In this document: piece after piece, positions 47,977 to 57,579 of the stretch | How positions within the stretch are numbered: position 1 is the first letter of the stretch | Layout: each line of letters starts with the position of its first letter | Source of the DNA: Spirochaetaceae bacterium | GTDB lineage: Bacteria; Spirochaetota; Spirochaetia; DSM-2461 | Assembly: GCA_965224705.1 (NCBI GenBank) | Contig: OZ245056.1 | Span: 1,440,001 to 1,504,000 of the forward strand | Reading direction: 5' to 3' | DNA length: 64,000 nucleotides | The notes under the pieces: generated by a model | The model's input: the letters and a program-made list of their open reading frames with translations, nothing else | Database searches by the model: none | What the model was told of the DNA's origin: nothing | Translations under genes and position numbers: made by a program

Positions 47977-49614
47977 TCAAATCTGCAATCTCTCATGGTG
48001 TCCGCCATACATTTTGTCCCTGAGTAATGCTATATCCTGATTTTCAAGGTACTCTTCGAATTTCATTCGACGATCAATAATGCCCTCAGGTGTGAATTCG
48101 ATGATACGATTTGCAATGGTGTTGATGAACTGGTGGTCGTGGCTGGCAAAAACAATCGTACCGGAAAACTCAATGAGGCCATTGTTCAAACTGGTAATGG
48201 TTTCCAGATCCAGGTGACCGGTGGGATCATCGAGAACAAGGACATTGGCCTGACTGAGCATCATTTTTGACAGTAGACATCGGATCTTCTCTCCTCCCGA
48301 CAGTACTCTTACCTTCTTCAGAGATTCGTCCTGCGTAAAAAGCATGCGGCCAAGGAAACTTCGGATATAGGTTTCATCCTGTTCTTCTGAATACTGACGA
48401 AGCCAGTCGATGAGATTCATCTTGTTATCAAAAAAAGACTGATTCTCTTTTGGGAAGTAATCAACAGTGGCCGTAACACCCCATTTGAAACTGCCGGAAT
48501 CCGGCTTTGAATCACCAGCAATGATATCCATAAAAGTGGTTTTAGCCAGGTTATTCGGCCCGACGAAACCGACTTTGTCACCTCCCTGAAGGTTCAGATC
48601 CCAATCCTTGAAAAGAACGTCCCCATTCAGAGATTTAGTGAGTTTTTCGGTTTCCAATACAACCTTCCCCAATGCCCGCTCTGGAGAAAATCCGCAATAG
48701 GGGAATCGTCGGGAGCTTTTTGGCAGGCTGTCAAGATCAAGCTTTTCCAGTTCCTTCATTCGACTTGTCGCCTGACGGCTTTTAGCCACATTCGCTGCAA
48801 ATCGCTGAATAAATGCCTTGAGTTCTGCTGCACGGACTTCCGCTTTTTTGCGCTGATCTTTCTGCTGCTGTGCTATAAGCTGACTTGCCTGCTGCCAGAA
48901 TGAGTAATTCCCCATGTAAAGGCTGATCTTATTGAAGTCAATATCAGCGATATGAGTACAAACCTTGTTAAGAAAATGTCTGTCATGGCTTACAACGATA
49001 ACAGTGTTATTGAACTTCAGCAGAAATTCTTCCAGCCATTGAATTGATTCTATGTCCAGGTGATTCGTTGGCTCATCAAGGAGAAGGATGTCTGGATTAC
49101 CGAACAAGGCCTGGGCGATAAGAACTCGTACCTTGATGCTTTCATCCACTGAGCCCATCAGGTTATCGTGGAAACTATCATCAATCCCCAGCCCTGCGAG
49201 TAGAATGGCGGCTTCACTTTCAGCTTCATACCCTCCCATCTCAGCAAATTCACCCTCAAGTTCTGCAACTCTCATGCCCTCTTCATCGGTCATACTGGTT
49301 TTGGAATAGATCTTCTCCCTCTCTTTCATTACCGAGTAAAGTTTTTCATATCCTGAAATTACAGCGTAAAGGATCGAGTAGTCATCAAAAGCATCTCGCC
49401 GCTGAGCCAGAACAGCCATGCGCAAATTGTCCGGGATATGAATCTGCCCGGAATCATATTCCTGTTCTCCTGAAAGGATGTTGAGAAAAGTTGACTTCCC
49501 GGAACCATTTGCGCCGATTAAGCCATAACAGTTCCCGGGAGTAAATTTGATATTCACATTTTTGAACAACAGCCGTTTCCCGAAAGAAAGACTGACATCT
49601 GAAACTGTAAGCAT
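47977..49614 (-). CDS. ABC-F family ATPase (YbiT-like)
   Basis: Two ABC cassettes, no TM; GANGSGKS, DEPTNHLD, SHDR. Confidence 0.92.
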   Translation of the reverse strand: MLTVSDVSLSFGKRLLFKNVNIKFTPGNCYGLIGANGSGKSTFLNILSGEQEYDSGQIHIPDNLRMAVLAQRRDAFDDYSILYAVISGYEKLYSVMKEREKIYSKTSMTDEEGMRVAELEGEFAEMGGYEAESEAAILLAGLGIDDSFHDNLMGSVDESIKVRVLIAQALFGNPDILLLDEPTNHLDIESIQWLEEFLLKFNNTVIVVSHDRHFLNKVCTHIADIDFNKISLYMGNYSFWQQASQLIAQQQKDQRKKAEVRAAELKAFIQRFAANVAKSRQATSRMKELEKLDLDSLPKSSRRFPYCGFSPERALGKVVLETEKLTKSLNGDVLFKDWDLNLQGGDKVGFVGPNNLAKTTFMDIIAGDSKPDSGSFKWGVTATVDYFPKENQSFFDNKMNLIDWLRQYSEEQDETYIRSFLGRMLFTQDESLKKVRVLSGGEKIRCLLSKMMLSQANVLVLDDPTGHLDLETITSLNNGLIEFSGTIVFASHDHQFINTIANRIIEFTPEGIIDRRMKFEEYLENQDIALLRDKMYGGHHERLQI

Positions 49615-49643
49615 GAGTTTTCTCCTTATGTTCTATTTTGAAT

Positions 49644-51608
49644 CTAATCCAATGCGGCAAGAAATCCCTGCATTTCATCTTCTGCTTCCCGGACAAATTT
49701 CTCCAACAGTTCATCCTGAGAATACGTTATGAATTTACCCAGCGTACTTGATGCATCAGAATCGATATCCCGGTTGTGCCGTGCATAGGTGGATTGATAA
49801 AATGCCAGTTTCTTCTCCGGGTTAATACCATAGTTTAAAATCGTCCGGGCACCATCCTGAAGAAGATTCAGTTTGACCAGCAGATCATCATCCGAATCAA
49901 CCGACCAGACTCCCAGGTAAATCGGATTGTTGTTAATCGTCATATCTCCAACAAACTCCCCCCGCAAAACGGAATTACGATCACTGCCGAGATATCCTAC
50001 AAAGTCCAGATGCTCGGCCAGTTTCCTGTCGGTGGCCAGGAAATCTCCTGTCGAGGGATTCAAGGTGAAAATGATAACTTTGTCCAGTGATTGTCCATAG
50101 CTTTTTAGCTGAACATCTCTGTATTCGGCAAGGTTAACATGTTTTTCAAGTTCTGCACGCCTATTTGCCACCTGACGTGCCGTCGTGGACAGCCAGGTAT
50201 TCAGCGCTGGATGTTCTCCCTTCCATTCGCTTACCCGGGATTCAAGCTGTTTTTCATCAATGCTTTTCTGCCAATAGGAGAGGACAACTCTAAAGAGATC
50301 CCGAAGGTTGTGTTGACGGCTGAAGCGTTCCAGGAGTTCATAAAGAAAGATTTCCTTCTTGCGTAATCGCCATATAGCCGTAACAATATCCGTACGAGAG
50401 GATTCACTGTTGATAACAATTTCCTCAGCAAGGCCCTGAAGTTCGTGAAACCGCCGCTGCAGCGAAGAGAATCGCTTCGTCAATCCAAGGGCAGATCGCT
50501 CAAATCGGATTGTCCAGGTCGTCCCCACACCTGTTTGACTCTCTACTTTCAGGCGGTCAGGGCCAAAAATACTCCACACCTGAACCGTACCGAACCCTTC
50601 ACCCTTACCGGCCGTTTTGGTTGATTTCCCAATGAAAGCCGGCATTCCTTTCTCGTCGCATTCAAGTAACGCTTCAGGTATTCCATGGCCATTGTCTGAT
50701 ATTCTCAGCAGCACGGCATCATTTCCCTCATTGGTCAGGGAGATGGATAACCGTCCGGGTCTATCTCCCCCCTCCATGGCATCTATCGAGTTGGAAGCAA
50801 GATTGACCAATGCCCGGCTTATATTCAGCCAGTGACCCAGTACGGTGGGTTTTGGGGCCGAAAGAGTAATCACCAGTTCTATTTCTGACCCACATGCTTC
50901 AATGTAGGGAACAAGGCGTTCCAGAATCAACTCCTGAATATTGACTTCATGGGCCATGGCCATGGAATCTCGGTATGTATTGAGCATATTCACCAGAGAG
51001 GTGGTTTCACGGTTGATATCTTCAATAATTCGTCCGGCATTTTCCGGTGCCAGGGCATTGACCATGGCATTGAGAGAACTCAACACCTTGCGGGCATCAT
51101 GCCGGGTCCGTCCAATTTCATCGGCAGCGGGTGCCTTGCGGGATTCAGAACCAATATTCTTGAGGATGGCCTCCCGAGACGCAGTGAGTCGATAGTAAAC
51201 CATGTTTCGGTAAACGATGTTGTCTTCAGGATCGAAACCCTTATTCTGGAAAAATTCCAGCGTTTCGTGCTGTTTCTCCCAGACATAGAGATAAATCTGT
51301 GATTTTTCTGGAATCTTTTCAGCCAGATGTTCAATAAAGGAAGTTCCAATGCCTCTGCCCCGGCCATAGGGGCTGGTTACAAGCTTGTAGATCAAATACT
51401 CGGATCCATCGGATGAAACATAGGTAAGGATGTATCCAAGGATTTCACCTTCCTCAATCCAGGCAAAGCTGTGTTCACGGTCTTTCCGCGCGGAGGCATC
51501 TTTTATATAAGGCGATGGAATGATGAATGTATCAATATTGAGCAGGGGATTTGTATGAATCCGCTTTTCAATCTCCGGGGTGAGTATAACTATGTTTTCA
51601 TATTTCAT
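49644..51608 (-). CDS. GNAT domain-histidine kinase fusion protein
   Basis: RGRGIG...FFQNKGF (GNAT); RHDARK H-box, NLASNSIDA N-box, DNGHGI G1, GEGFG G2; unknown C-terminal ~280 aa; ATGA overlap with upstream gene. Confidence 0.8.
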   Translation of the reverse strand: MKYENIVILTPEIEKRIHTNPLLNIDTFIIPSPYIKDASARKDREHSFAWIEEGEILGYILTYVSSDGSEYLIYKLVTSPYGRGRGIGTSFIEHLAEKIPEKSQIYLYVWEKQHETLEFFQNKGFDPEDNIVYRNMVYYRLTASREAILKNIGSESRKAPAADEIGRTRHDARKVLSSLNAMVNALAPENAGRIIEDINRETTSLVNMLNTYRDSMAMAHEVNIQELILERLVPYIEACGSEIELVITLSAPKPTVLGHWLNISRALVNLASNSIDAMEGGDRPGRLSISLTNEGNDAVLLRISDNGHGIPEALLECDEKGMPAFIGKSTKTAGKGEGFGTVQVWSIFGPDRLKVESQTGVGTTWTIRFERSALGLTKRFSSLQRRFHELQGLAEEIVINSESSRTDIVTAIWRLRKKEIFLYELLERFSRQHNLRDLFRVVLSYWQKSIDEKQLESRVSEWKGEHPALNTWLSTTARQVANRRAELEKHVNLAEYRDVQLKSYGQSLDKVIIFTLNPSTGDFLATDRKLAEHLDFVGYLGSDRNSVLRGEFVGDMTINNNPIYLGVWSVDSDDDLLVKLNLLQDGARTILNYGINPEKKLAFYQSTYARHNRDIDSDASSTLGKFITYSQDELLEKFVREAEDEMQGFLAALD

Positions 51609-52918
51609 TGTGCGTTCACTTCTGTCTTCCAAGAATCAATAATTCCGGGCTGGTTAACCCTGTACCGTCGAAAAACGGCATCGCCCCTTCGTACCCGTTC
51701 GCCAACAAAAACTGTGACATTGCTGCCTTTACCAGCTTCATCAACTGAAATACCATCCCTCAATATTCTGTTGACTTCCACCTGAAGCGTTCCCGTTGTA
51801 GAACCCTGGATGAGTAATACATCACCTGCTGCCATTTTTGCACTTTGAATTCGAATTTCGGCCACCCCGGGCTTACGGAAGTAATTGACCACCGTACCAA
51901 CGGTTTCCTTCTTATAGTCTGCCTGACTGTTGGGTTTCTCTGCCCACTCACCAACCGGTTTTCCAAGATAGTGTCCGCTGTGAAAACCTCGATTGAACAC
52001 GGATTCAAGCTCCTGGGTGAGTTCCTTTTTCAGTCTGTCAAAACCGGGACAGGGAACGAAGGGGGAACGAACCTCTTCTGCAATCTTCCACCATACATCT
52101 ATTGCCCTGCGGTAGGTTTTGGTAACAGTTGATACATATTCAGGATTGCGCATACGCCCTTCGATCTTAAGCGATGCGGCCCCTGATGTCAGAATTTTAT
52201 CAATGAACGGCATTGTACAGAGATCTTTTGGACTCATCACATAATTCCGGCCTATTTCAAACTCATATTGGCCCTCAGTATCAATAATTCTGTACTCCCG
52301 GCGACAGGGCTGGAGGCATTTCCCCCTGTTCCCTGAGTGTCCGGTAACAGATTCCGACAGGAAGCATCGGCCGCTGACAGAGACACACATGGCTCCATGG
52401 ATGAAAACCTCCAGTTCCACGAGGTCTGCTTCATCCTTTCCCAGTCTGGCTGTAAGATTTTGCCGAATACGGGAGAAATCATTGAGGGAGCATTCCCTTG
52501 CCATAACAAAGCGGCGGATTCCATACGTTTTATAGTATTCCACTATGCCTGCTGAATTGCTGACCGAAGCCTGGGTGGATAGATGCATGTCCATACCGTG
52601 CTTTCTTACCATCTGAATAACAGCCGGATCCCAGCCAATAACAGCATCCACCCCGGCGGTTTGGGCTGTATCAACAACAGTTTCAAGGGCGGTTAATTCG
52701 TTTTCGAATATAATTGTATTAAGAGTGAGGTAACCCCGCGCCCCATAATTCCTGCACTGCTGCATCACTTCCGGCAATTCCGCAAGAGAAAAATTCCGTG
52801 CTTTATGCCGCATATTAAATGTACCCGCACCAAAGTACACCGCATCCGCTCCAGCCTTGAGGGCCGCTGTCAGACAGGCGGCATCACCAGCAGGAGCTAG
52901 AAGTTCAGGAGGTTTCAT
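51605..52918 (-). CDS. U32 family protein (TrhP/PrtC-like RNA hydroxylation family)
   Basis: ELLAPAG, HGAMCVSVSGRC, NRGKCLQPCR, SLKIEGR. Confidence 0.9.
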   Translation of the reverse strand: MKPPELLAPAGDAACLTAALKAGADAVYFGAGTFNMRHKARNFSLAELPEVMQQCRNYGARGYLTLNTIIFENELTALETVVDTAQTAGVDAVIGWDPAVIQMVRKHGMDMHLSTQASVSNSAGIVEYYKTYGIRRFVMARECSLNDFSRIRQNLTARLGKDEADLVELEVFIHGAMCVSVSGRCFLSESVTGHSGNRGKCLQPCRREYRIIDTEGQYEFEIGRNYVMSPKDLCTMPFIDKILTSGAASLKIEGRMRNPEYVSTVTKTYRRAIDVWWKIAEEVRSPFVPCPGFDRLKKELTQELESVFNRGFHSGHYLGKPVGEWAEKPNSQADYKKETVGTVVNYFRKPGVAEIRIQSAKMAAGDVLLIQGSTTGTLQVEVNRILRDGISVDEAGKGSNVTVFVGERVRRGDAVFRRYRVNQPGIIDSWKTEVNAQ

Positions 52919-53065
52919 CTTTTATCCAGTGCAGTCAGAATACTTACTCATACTGCTTTTAAGAGATCTGCCATGTTGCCATAGTTGTACTGATGGAGTA
53001 AAGGGGCCTTATCTACTTAAAAAAATGCTTTTGCTCAGTAATTCAAAAAAACAACAGAACCCGCA

Positions 53066-53232
53066 TAGAAATTCCCCAAACTAAAAAAAATCATCCACCC
53101 TGTCCCAGTAATCCATGAAAACTCTTGTGCCTCCTTGTAGGGACAGTTCTGTCCACCTTTTATACTTTTTGGAGAAGAAGATGCATCTTTGCTGAAGTAA
53201 AGGAGATGTCGGAGGCGTTTGGGGAATTTCTA
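53066..53232. mobile_element. Candidate MITE family C
   Basis: 16-bp perfect inverted repeat TAGAAATTCCCCAAAC (53066-53081)/GTTTGGGGAATTTCTA (53217-53232), non-coding interior; single copy in window. Confidence 0.6.
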
Positions 53233-53241
53233 AAGGAGGTG

Positions 53242-53271
53242 TTGACAATATCGATTTGCTCCTATTATAAA
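53242..53271 (+). promoter_or_regulatory. sigma70-like promoter
   Basis: TTGACA followed by TATTATAAA at -10 spacing. Confidence 0.5.
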
Positions 53272-53280
53272 CTTTGCATA

Positions 53281-53356
53281 GTGTCGCGAAGGTTGTAGAA
53301 CACGAAATTTCTGTGCTTCTCGTCGTCCTTCAATTGGAAAATTCCGCAATGGACAC
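53281..53356 (+). ncRNA. Candidate structured RNA or leader
   Basis: Nested pairings GTGTC/GACAC, GAAGG/CCTTC, AGAA-CAC/GTG-c-TTCT immediately after a promoter; family not recognised. Confidence 0.3.
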
Positions 53357-53372
53357 ACTCTTCATGGCACCA

Positions 53373-53535
53373 GGAGTCTGTCGGACTTTGAGACTTCGAG
53401 GCGATTTTTGATGTTTTTTTTCCGATACAAGGCGGCAAAAGCGGAGCGTAGCTGGGCTACGTGAGCATTTTGGCAACGCCGTAGCGGGAAAAAAGGGCAA
53501 AAATCGAGCCGTGAGGCGTAAGTCCGACAGACTCC
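53373..53535 (+). mobile_element. MITE family A, full short form (163 bp)
   Basis: 16-bp perfect TIRs, colinear with 47805-47966. Confidence 0.9.
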
Positions 53536-53537
53536 TG

Positions 53538-53717
53538 GGAGTCCCACTAATTGGGGACTTGCGAAGTGATTTCGAGGATTCTCCCCGCTTCAAGACGGCC
53601 TGTATGCATGCAGCGCACAGGCAGGCCGGGGCAAGCGTATGGACTGCGTGAGCATTCGGCAATGCGGAAGCAGGAAAAGGAAAAAATCACCGCAGGCATT
53701 TCAATCCGGCAGGCTCC
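53538..53717 (+). repeat. Degenerate MITE family A-like copy in tandem
   Basis: GCGTA...CGTGAGCATT.GGCAA...AAAATC...CCGGCAGGCTCC parallels the family A right half. Confidence 0.55.
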
Positions 53718-53758
53718 TCGCTAAAGCGTAAACCTTTTGAGAATAGGAGTAATAGACA

Positions 53759-54229
53759 GTGAAACGTCGTCTTACACTGATCCTTCTGTGCCTGATCCCC
53801 TTCGTGATCTCCGCCCAGAACAAGAAAGATGTAGCCCTCGTGTATCCATCGGGTCACACAAAATTCGCGGGCCGTGCCCGTAAGGACATCTTCAAGGCTT
53901 TCAGAGGCCAGGCCGTGAACCTGGATGAGTTCAAAATGAGAGAGGCCATGCCGGATATCCTGGAGAAATACGACACCGTTCTCTTGATGCTCACGCCCGA
54001 AGACCTCAAGGCGAAAAACATCCAGGCCATACTTAAAGCGAGTCGGGAGGCAAACCAGAAAACAGGTCAGAACGCGGGCAGGAAAACGGCGAGAGTCCTT
54101 GTTTGGCAGCTTGCGGCGGTGAAGGGGGATGTCGCAGGTGTCGATGCCGTTACATCGGCCACCAAAGAGTCCCCGGCCAAAGCGACTCTCAGGAAGAGCA
54201 TTCTCCCCTTCCTTTTGGGATCGCCGTAG
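53759..54229 (+). CDS. Hypothetical exported protein with DAVTSAT motif
   Basis: AGGAG RBS, signal peptide ending ISA-Q. Confidence 0.7.
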   Translation: MKRRLTLILLCLIPFVISAQNKKDVALVYPSGHTKFAGRARKDIFKAFRGQAVNLDEFKMREAMPDILEKYDTVLLMLTPEDLKAKNIQAILKASREANQKTGQNAGRKTARVLVWQLAAVKGDVAGVDAVTSATKESPAKATLRKSILPFLLGSP

Positions 54230-54563
54230 ATGCGAAAACTGGGTGCTATCGCCGTAATATCGGCGGGTTGGGTGATACTACACATCCGATTTTTATGAAA
54301 AATGTGCCCCCGGCACCCCGGTGAGAATCACTGGCCCCTACGGGCGTTTCGTCTACAAACCCGATGGACGCGGGAAAAGCCTTTTCATCGCCGGAGGAGT
54401 GGGTGTGACACCGTTCTTGAGCATCATCGACACATTGAAAGAGCAGAGTTTGGAGACTCCAGTTCATCTTCTATGGCTCTGTTCCATGGAAACGGATTTC
54501 TTCGATCGGGAAGAAGTGGAAGACGGCGCATTCATCGCGAAGCGTTTTCTTTTTAATTCATAG
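54230..54563 (+). pseudogene. Remnant of a ferredoxin-reductase-like (ferric reductase type) gene
   Basis: GPYGRF...LFIAGGVGVTPFLS NAD-binding motif in an 80-codon fragment lacking the FAD domain and C-terminus. Confidence 0.7.
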
Positions 54564-54633
54564 GCAAACCGTGCATCGCAGGGACAAAGCTCGTCAGGAT
54601 CATTGAAAAGGCTTAGAAACCTGCATGCTGCAA

Positions 54634-54662
54634 TTGACACCACGGATGTTAAAGTATAGGCT
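54634..54662 (+). promoter_or_regulatory. sigma70-like promoter
   Basis: TTGACA-17 nt-TAGGCT. Confidence 0.45.
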
Positions 54663-54837
54663 TTAATGTGACTGATGCGTATGATTTGAAAACTTATTCA
54701 TTCTTTGAGGAACACATCGGAGGTAGTTGGGTTCAATAAAAAATGGTTTACCTTGAGAATCATTACAGTTTGATGTACATTTGCTCCGATATATCAGGAA
54801 AGAACCTCAAGAAATAGCAGGAGAAGAGTAATCCAGA

Positions 54838-55485
54838 ATGACAATATCTTTAATGCAGATAATAGCATGGTGTGCTTCCATTCCGGTTTTCTTTGCTTTC
54901 TTCATGAAGACAATGATCCCATTGAGGATCGTGGCTATTTCAAGCAATTGTATCTTCATTCTGTATGGGGTCCTTGGAATACTTCAGGGAATCTCGGAGG
55001 TATTGCCGATTATGGTGCTGCATCTCAGTCTGCTGCCACTGAATTGTATTCGGCTTAAACAGGCAAGACAGCTGATTAAACGCGTTGAAACAGCATCATC
55101 CCAGGAGAAATTGTCGAATGAACTCATCCCCTATATGACCTTGAAAAAATATAAAGAAGGTACAACCCTATTTCATAAAGGAGACCGTGCGGATCGATTC
55201 TACTACATCAAGAAAGGTTCTGTCATAATTACCGAACTGAACAAGACACTGGGAGAAAACAAGGTTTTTGGCGAAGTAGGCATTTTTGGCCCTGGCTCGG
55301 TCAGATCTGCCGGGGTTGTCTGTCTTGAAAACAGTGAAATATACAACATTTCAAAGAGAAAAATGCTGCAGCTCTATTTTCAGAATCCAAAGTTTGGTTT
55401 TTTTATCGTTCGGCTGTTGTCGAATTACGCATTGGATAATGTTAATAAACTGCATTATCCTGATGTTGAGGATGAGACAGAATAG
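54838..55485 (+). CDS. Membrane protein with cyclic-nucleotide-binding domain
   Basis: Three N-terminal TM segments; FGEVG...RSA cNMP motif; no HTH. Confidence 0.85.
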   Translation: MTISLMQIIAWCASIPVFFAFFMKTMIPLRIVAISSNCIFILYGVLGILQGISEVLPIMVLHLSLLPLNCIRLKQARQLIKRVETASSQEKLSNELIPYMTLKKYKEGTTLFHKGDRADRFYYIKKGSVIITELNKTLGENKVFGEVGIFGPGSVRSAGVVCLENSEIYNISKRKMLQLYFQNPKFGFFIVRLLSNYALDNVNKLHYPDVEDETE

Positions 55486-55559
55486 AAAATCCGTCTCCTG
55501 CGAAACCTGTTTCCCTGAATTTGAGGTTCCTGTTGTTATACTTCGGTCAGAGTTGCTTA

Positions 55560-55588
55560 TTGACAATGAAGAATAAGTATTCTATTTT
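55560..55588 (+). promoter_or_regulatory. sigma70-like promoter of the MCP gene
   Basis: TTGACA-17 nt-TATTTT. Confidence 0.45.
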
Positions 55589-55641
55589 GTGACTATCTTT
55601 TATGCCATTCTCTGTATAGAGTTTTTTCTGGAGGTATTATC

Positions 55642-57567
55642 ATGAGTGTTTTGAACAATATCAGCATATCCACCAAGCTCATTCTTTTCCTGTTTATCCC
55701 GCTGTTAATAATTTCTGTACTTATCTATGCAGGGATATATTTCACCTTGAATGATCTTGAATCATACATGATGAATGAAACGGAAAAAATGCTTATGAAC
55801 AAGCATAAACAGGAATTGAAATCTGTGACTGAAGTCGGGATCTCAGTGATACTGAGCGTTTACAATGATCCCGATATTCCTGAGGAAATGAAATTCAATA
55901 TGGCGGCATCCCATCTTCGGGAACTTGAATTTGGAACTGATGGATACTATTTCGTGTATGAAAATGGCACCGGAAAGAATCTGATCCATGGTGGTAACTC
56001 GAATCTTGAAGGAGTGAACCTGTGGGAATTTCAAGATCCCAACGACCCTCAGTTCATGATACAGGAATTAGACCGGGTTGCCAATGAGGGCTCTCTTTTT
56101 CATCAGTACTACTGGACTAAAAGAGATACTGATACCACCCATCCAAAGCTTGGAACGGCGCAGCTGATTCCAGGTACCAACATGTGGATTGGAACTGGAA
56201 CGTACCTGGATGAAATCGAGACTGAGCTTCAAGTCGTGCACGATTCAGTTGTACGGAAAAGCAATGAGAGGCTGCAGCCGTTTATAATTGGGTTTATTGC
56301 ATACCTTCTAATTGCCCTGCTGTTCATCATCCGGCTGTCACGTAGTTTTACCAGACCGATAAACAGTGCAACAACATTTGCAACAGCTATGGCAGGTGGT
56401 GACTTATCTGTTTCACTGGCAGTGGAGTATGATGGCAAAAATGAAATCGGGATGTTGATAGGCTCATTGAATCAAATGAAGAGCAATTTCTGGAACATGG
56501 TTAACAGCCTTCAGGAGGTTTCAGCCAAACTGTTGACAAGCAGTGACCAGATCAATAATTCTGTTACTTCAATGAATCAATTTGCAGATAATCTGGTGAG
56601 GGGTATATCCGGGATTGAGGATCAGATTATTTCTTTTGAACAATCAGTGGACCATACGAAACAATCCTCAGATGATATCAATACTTTTATTAACAAGCTG
56701 ACGGAACTGATCGTTAACCAGGCATCGGCCCTGACTGAATCTACTGCTTCCATTGAGCAGATGTCATTGAGTATTCAAAACATTGCCAAATCAACCGATG
56801 AGAAATTCCTTCTTGCAAGGGAACTGGAGTCACGAGCACAAAAAGGTGTTTCCGAAATGCAGGTTACAACAGGGATTATCAAAGAGATGGCTGAATCGGC
56901 CAATGTAATGATGGATATGATCGCCGTTATCAACAATATTACAACACAGACAAACTTATTGGCCATGAATGCATCTATTGAAGCAGCCCATGCAGGTGAA
57001 GCTGGTAAAGGGTTTGCTGTTGTTGCCAATGAAATTCTCAAGCTGGCCAAGGATACTTCGGCCAATGCCAAACAGATTTCTGATTCTTTGAAGAATACCA
57101 TGGCATTGATCAGCAATTCAAAGAAGTCAATCACCAATACCGAGCAGTTATTCGACAATCTGGTGGTAGAGATTAAGGGATTGGCAAGCAGTATGACTGA
57201 AATGAAGAATCATTCCCAGGAACTGGCAACTGGCAGTACTCAAATCACCTATGCCCTGGGTGATATCATGTCAATAACTGAAAATGTGAAAGAATCATCC
57301 AGTACCGCTCTTGAAAAAGTTGGAACAATTGATGGACATATCGATAAACTGGTTAATGATTTCACCAAGACCAAAGATGGACTTGAGATAATCGTTTCAA
57401 GTACTCAGGAGCTGTCGCAGCACATTGTTCATGTACAAACCATTGGTGAAAACAATTCAGGCATAGTTTCCAGCCTTGACACCACTGTTGTATCATTCAA
57501 TCTTTCTGAGGAACAGAAAAAAAAGAACTCTGATGAAAAAAAATCAGATGAAGCTGAGGACTCCTGA
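55642..57567 (+). CDS. Methyl-accepting chemotaxis protein (Cache sensor, HAMP)
   Basis: Two [29 protein letters not shown]. Confidence 0.95.
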   Translation: MSVLNNISISTKLILFLFIPLLIISVLIYAGIYFTLNDLESYMMNETEKMLMNKHKQELKSVTEVGISVILSVYNDPDIPEEMKFNMAASHLRELEFGTDGYYFVYENGTGKNLIHGGNSNLEGVNLWEFQDPNDPQFMIQELDRVANEGSLFHQYYWTKRDTDTTHPKLGTAQLIPGTNMWIGTGTYLDEIETELQVVHDSVVRKSNERLQPFIIGFIAYLLIALLFIIRLSRSFTRPINSATTFATAMAGGDLSVSLAVEYDGKNEIGMLIGSLNQMKSNFWNMVNSLQEVSAKLLTSSDQINNSVTSMNQFADNLVRGISGIEDQIISFEQSVDHTKQSSDDINTFINKLTELIVNQASALTESTASIEQMSLSIQNIAKSTDEKFLLARELESRAQKGVSEMQVTTGIIKEMAESANVMMDMIAVINNITTQTNLLAMNASIEAAHAGEAGKGFAVVANEILKLAKDTSANAKQISDSLKNTMALISNSKKSITNTEQLFDNLVVEIKGLASSMTEMKNHSQELATGSTQITYALGDIMSITENVKESSSTALEKVGTIDGHIDKLVNDFTKTKDGLEIIVSSTQELSQHIVHVQTIGENNSGIVSSLDTTVVSFNLSEEQKKKNSDEKKSDEAEDS

Positions 57568-57579
57568 GCTCCCAGGCTC

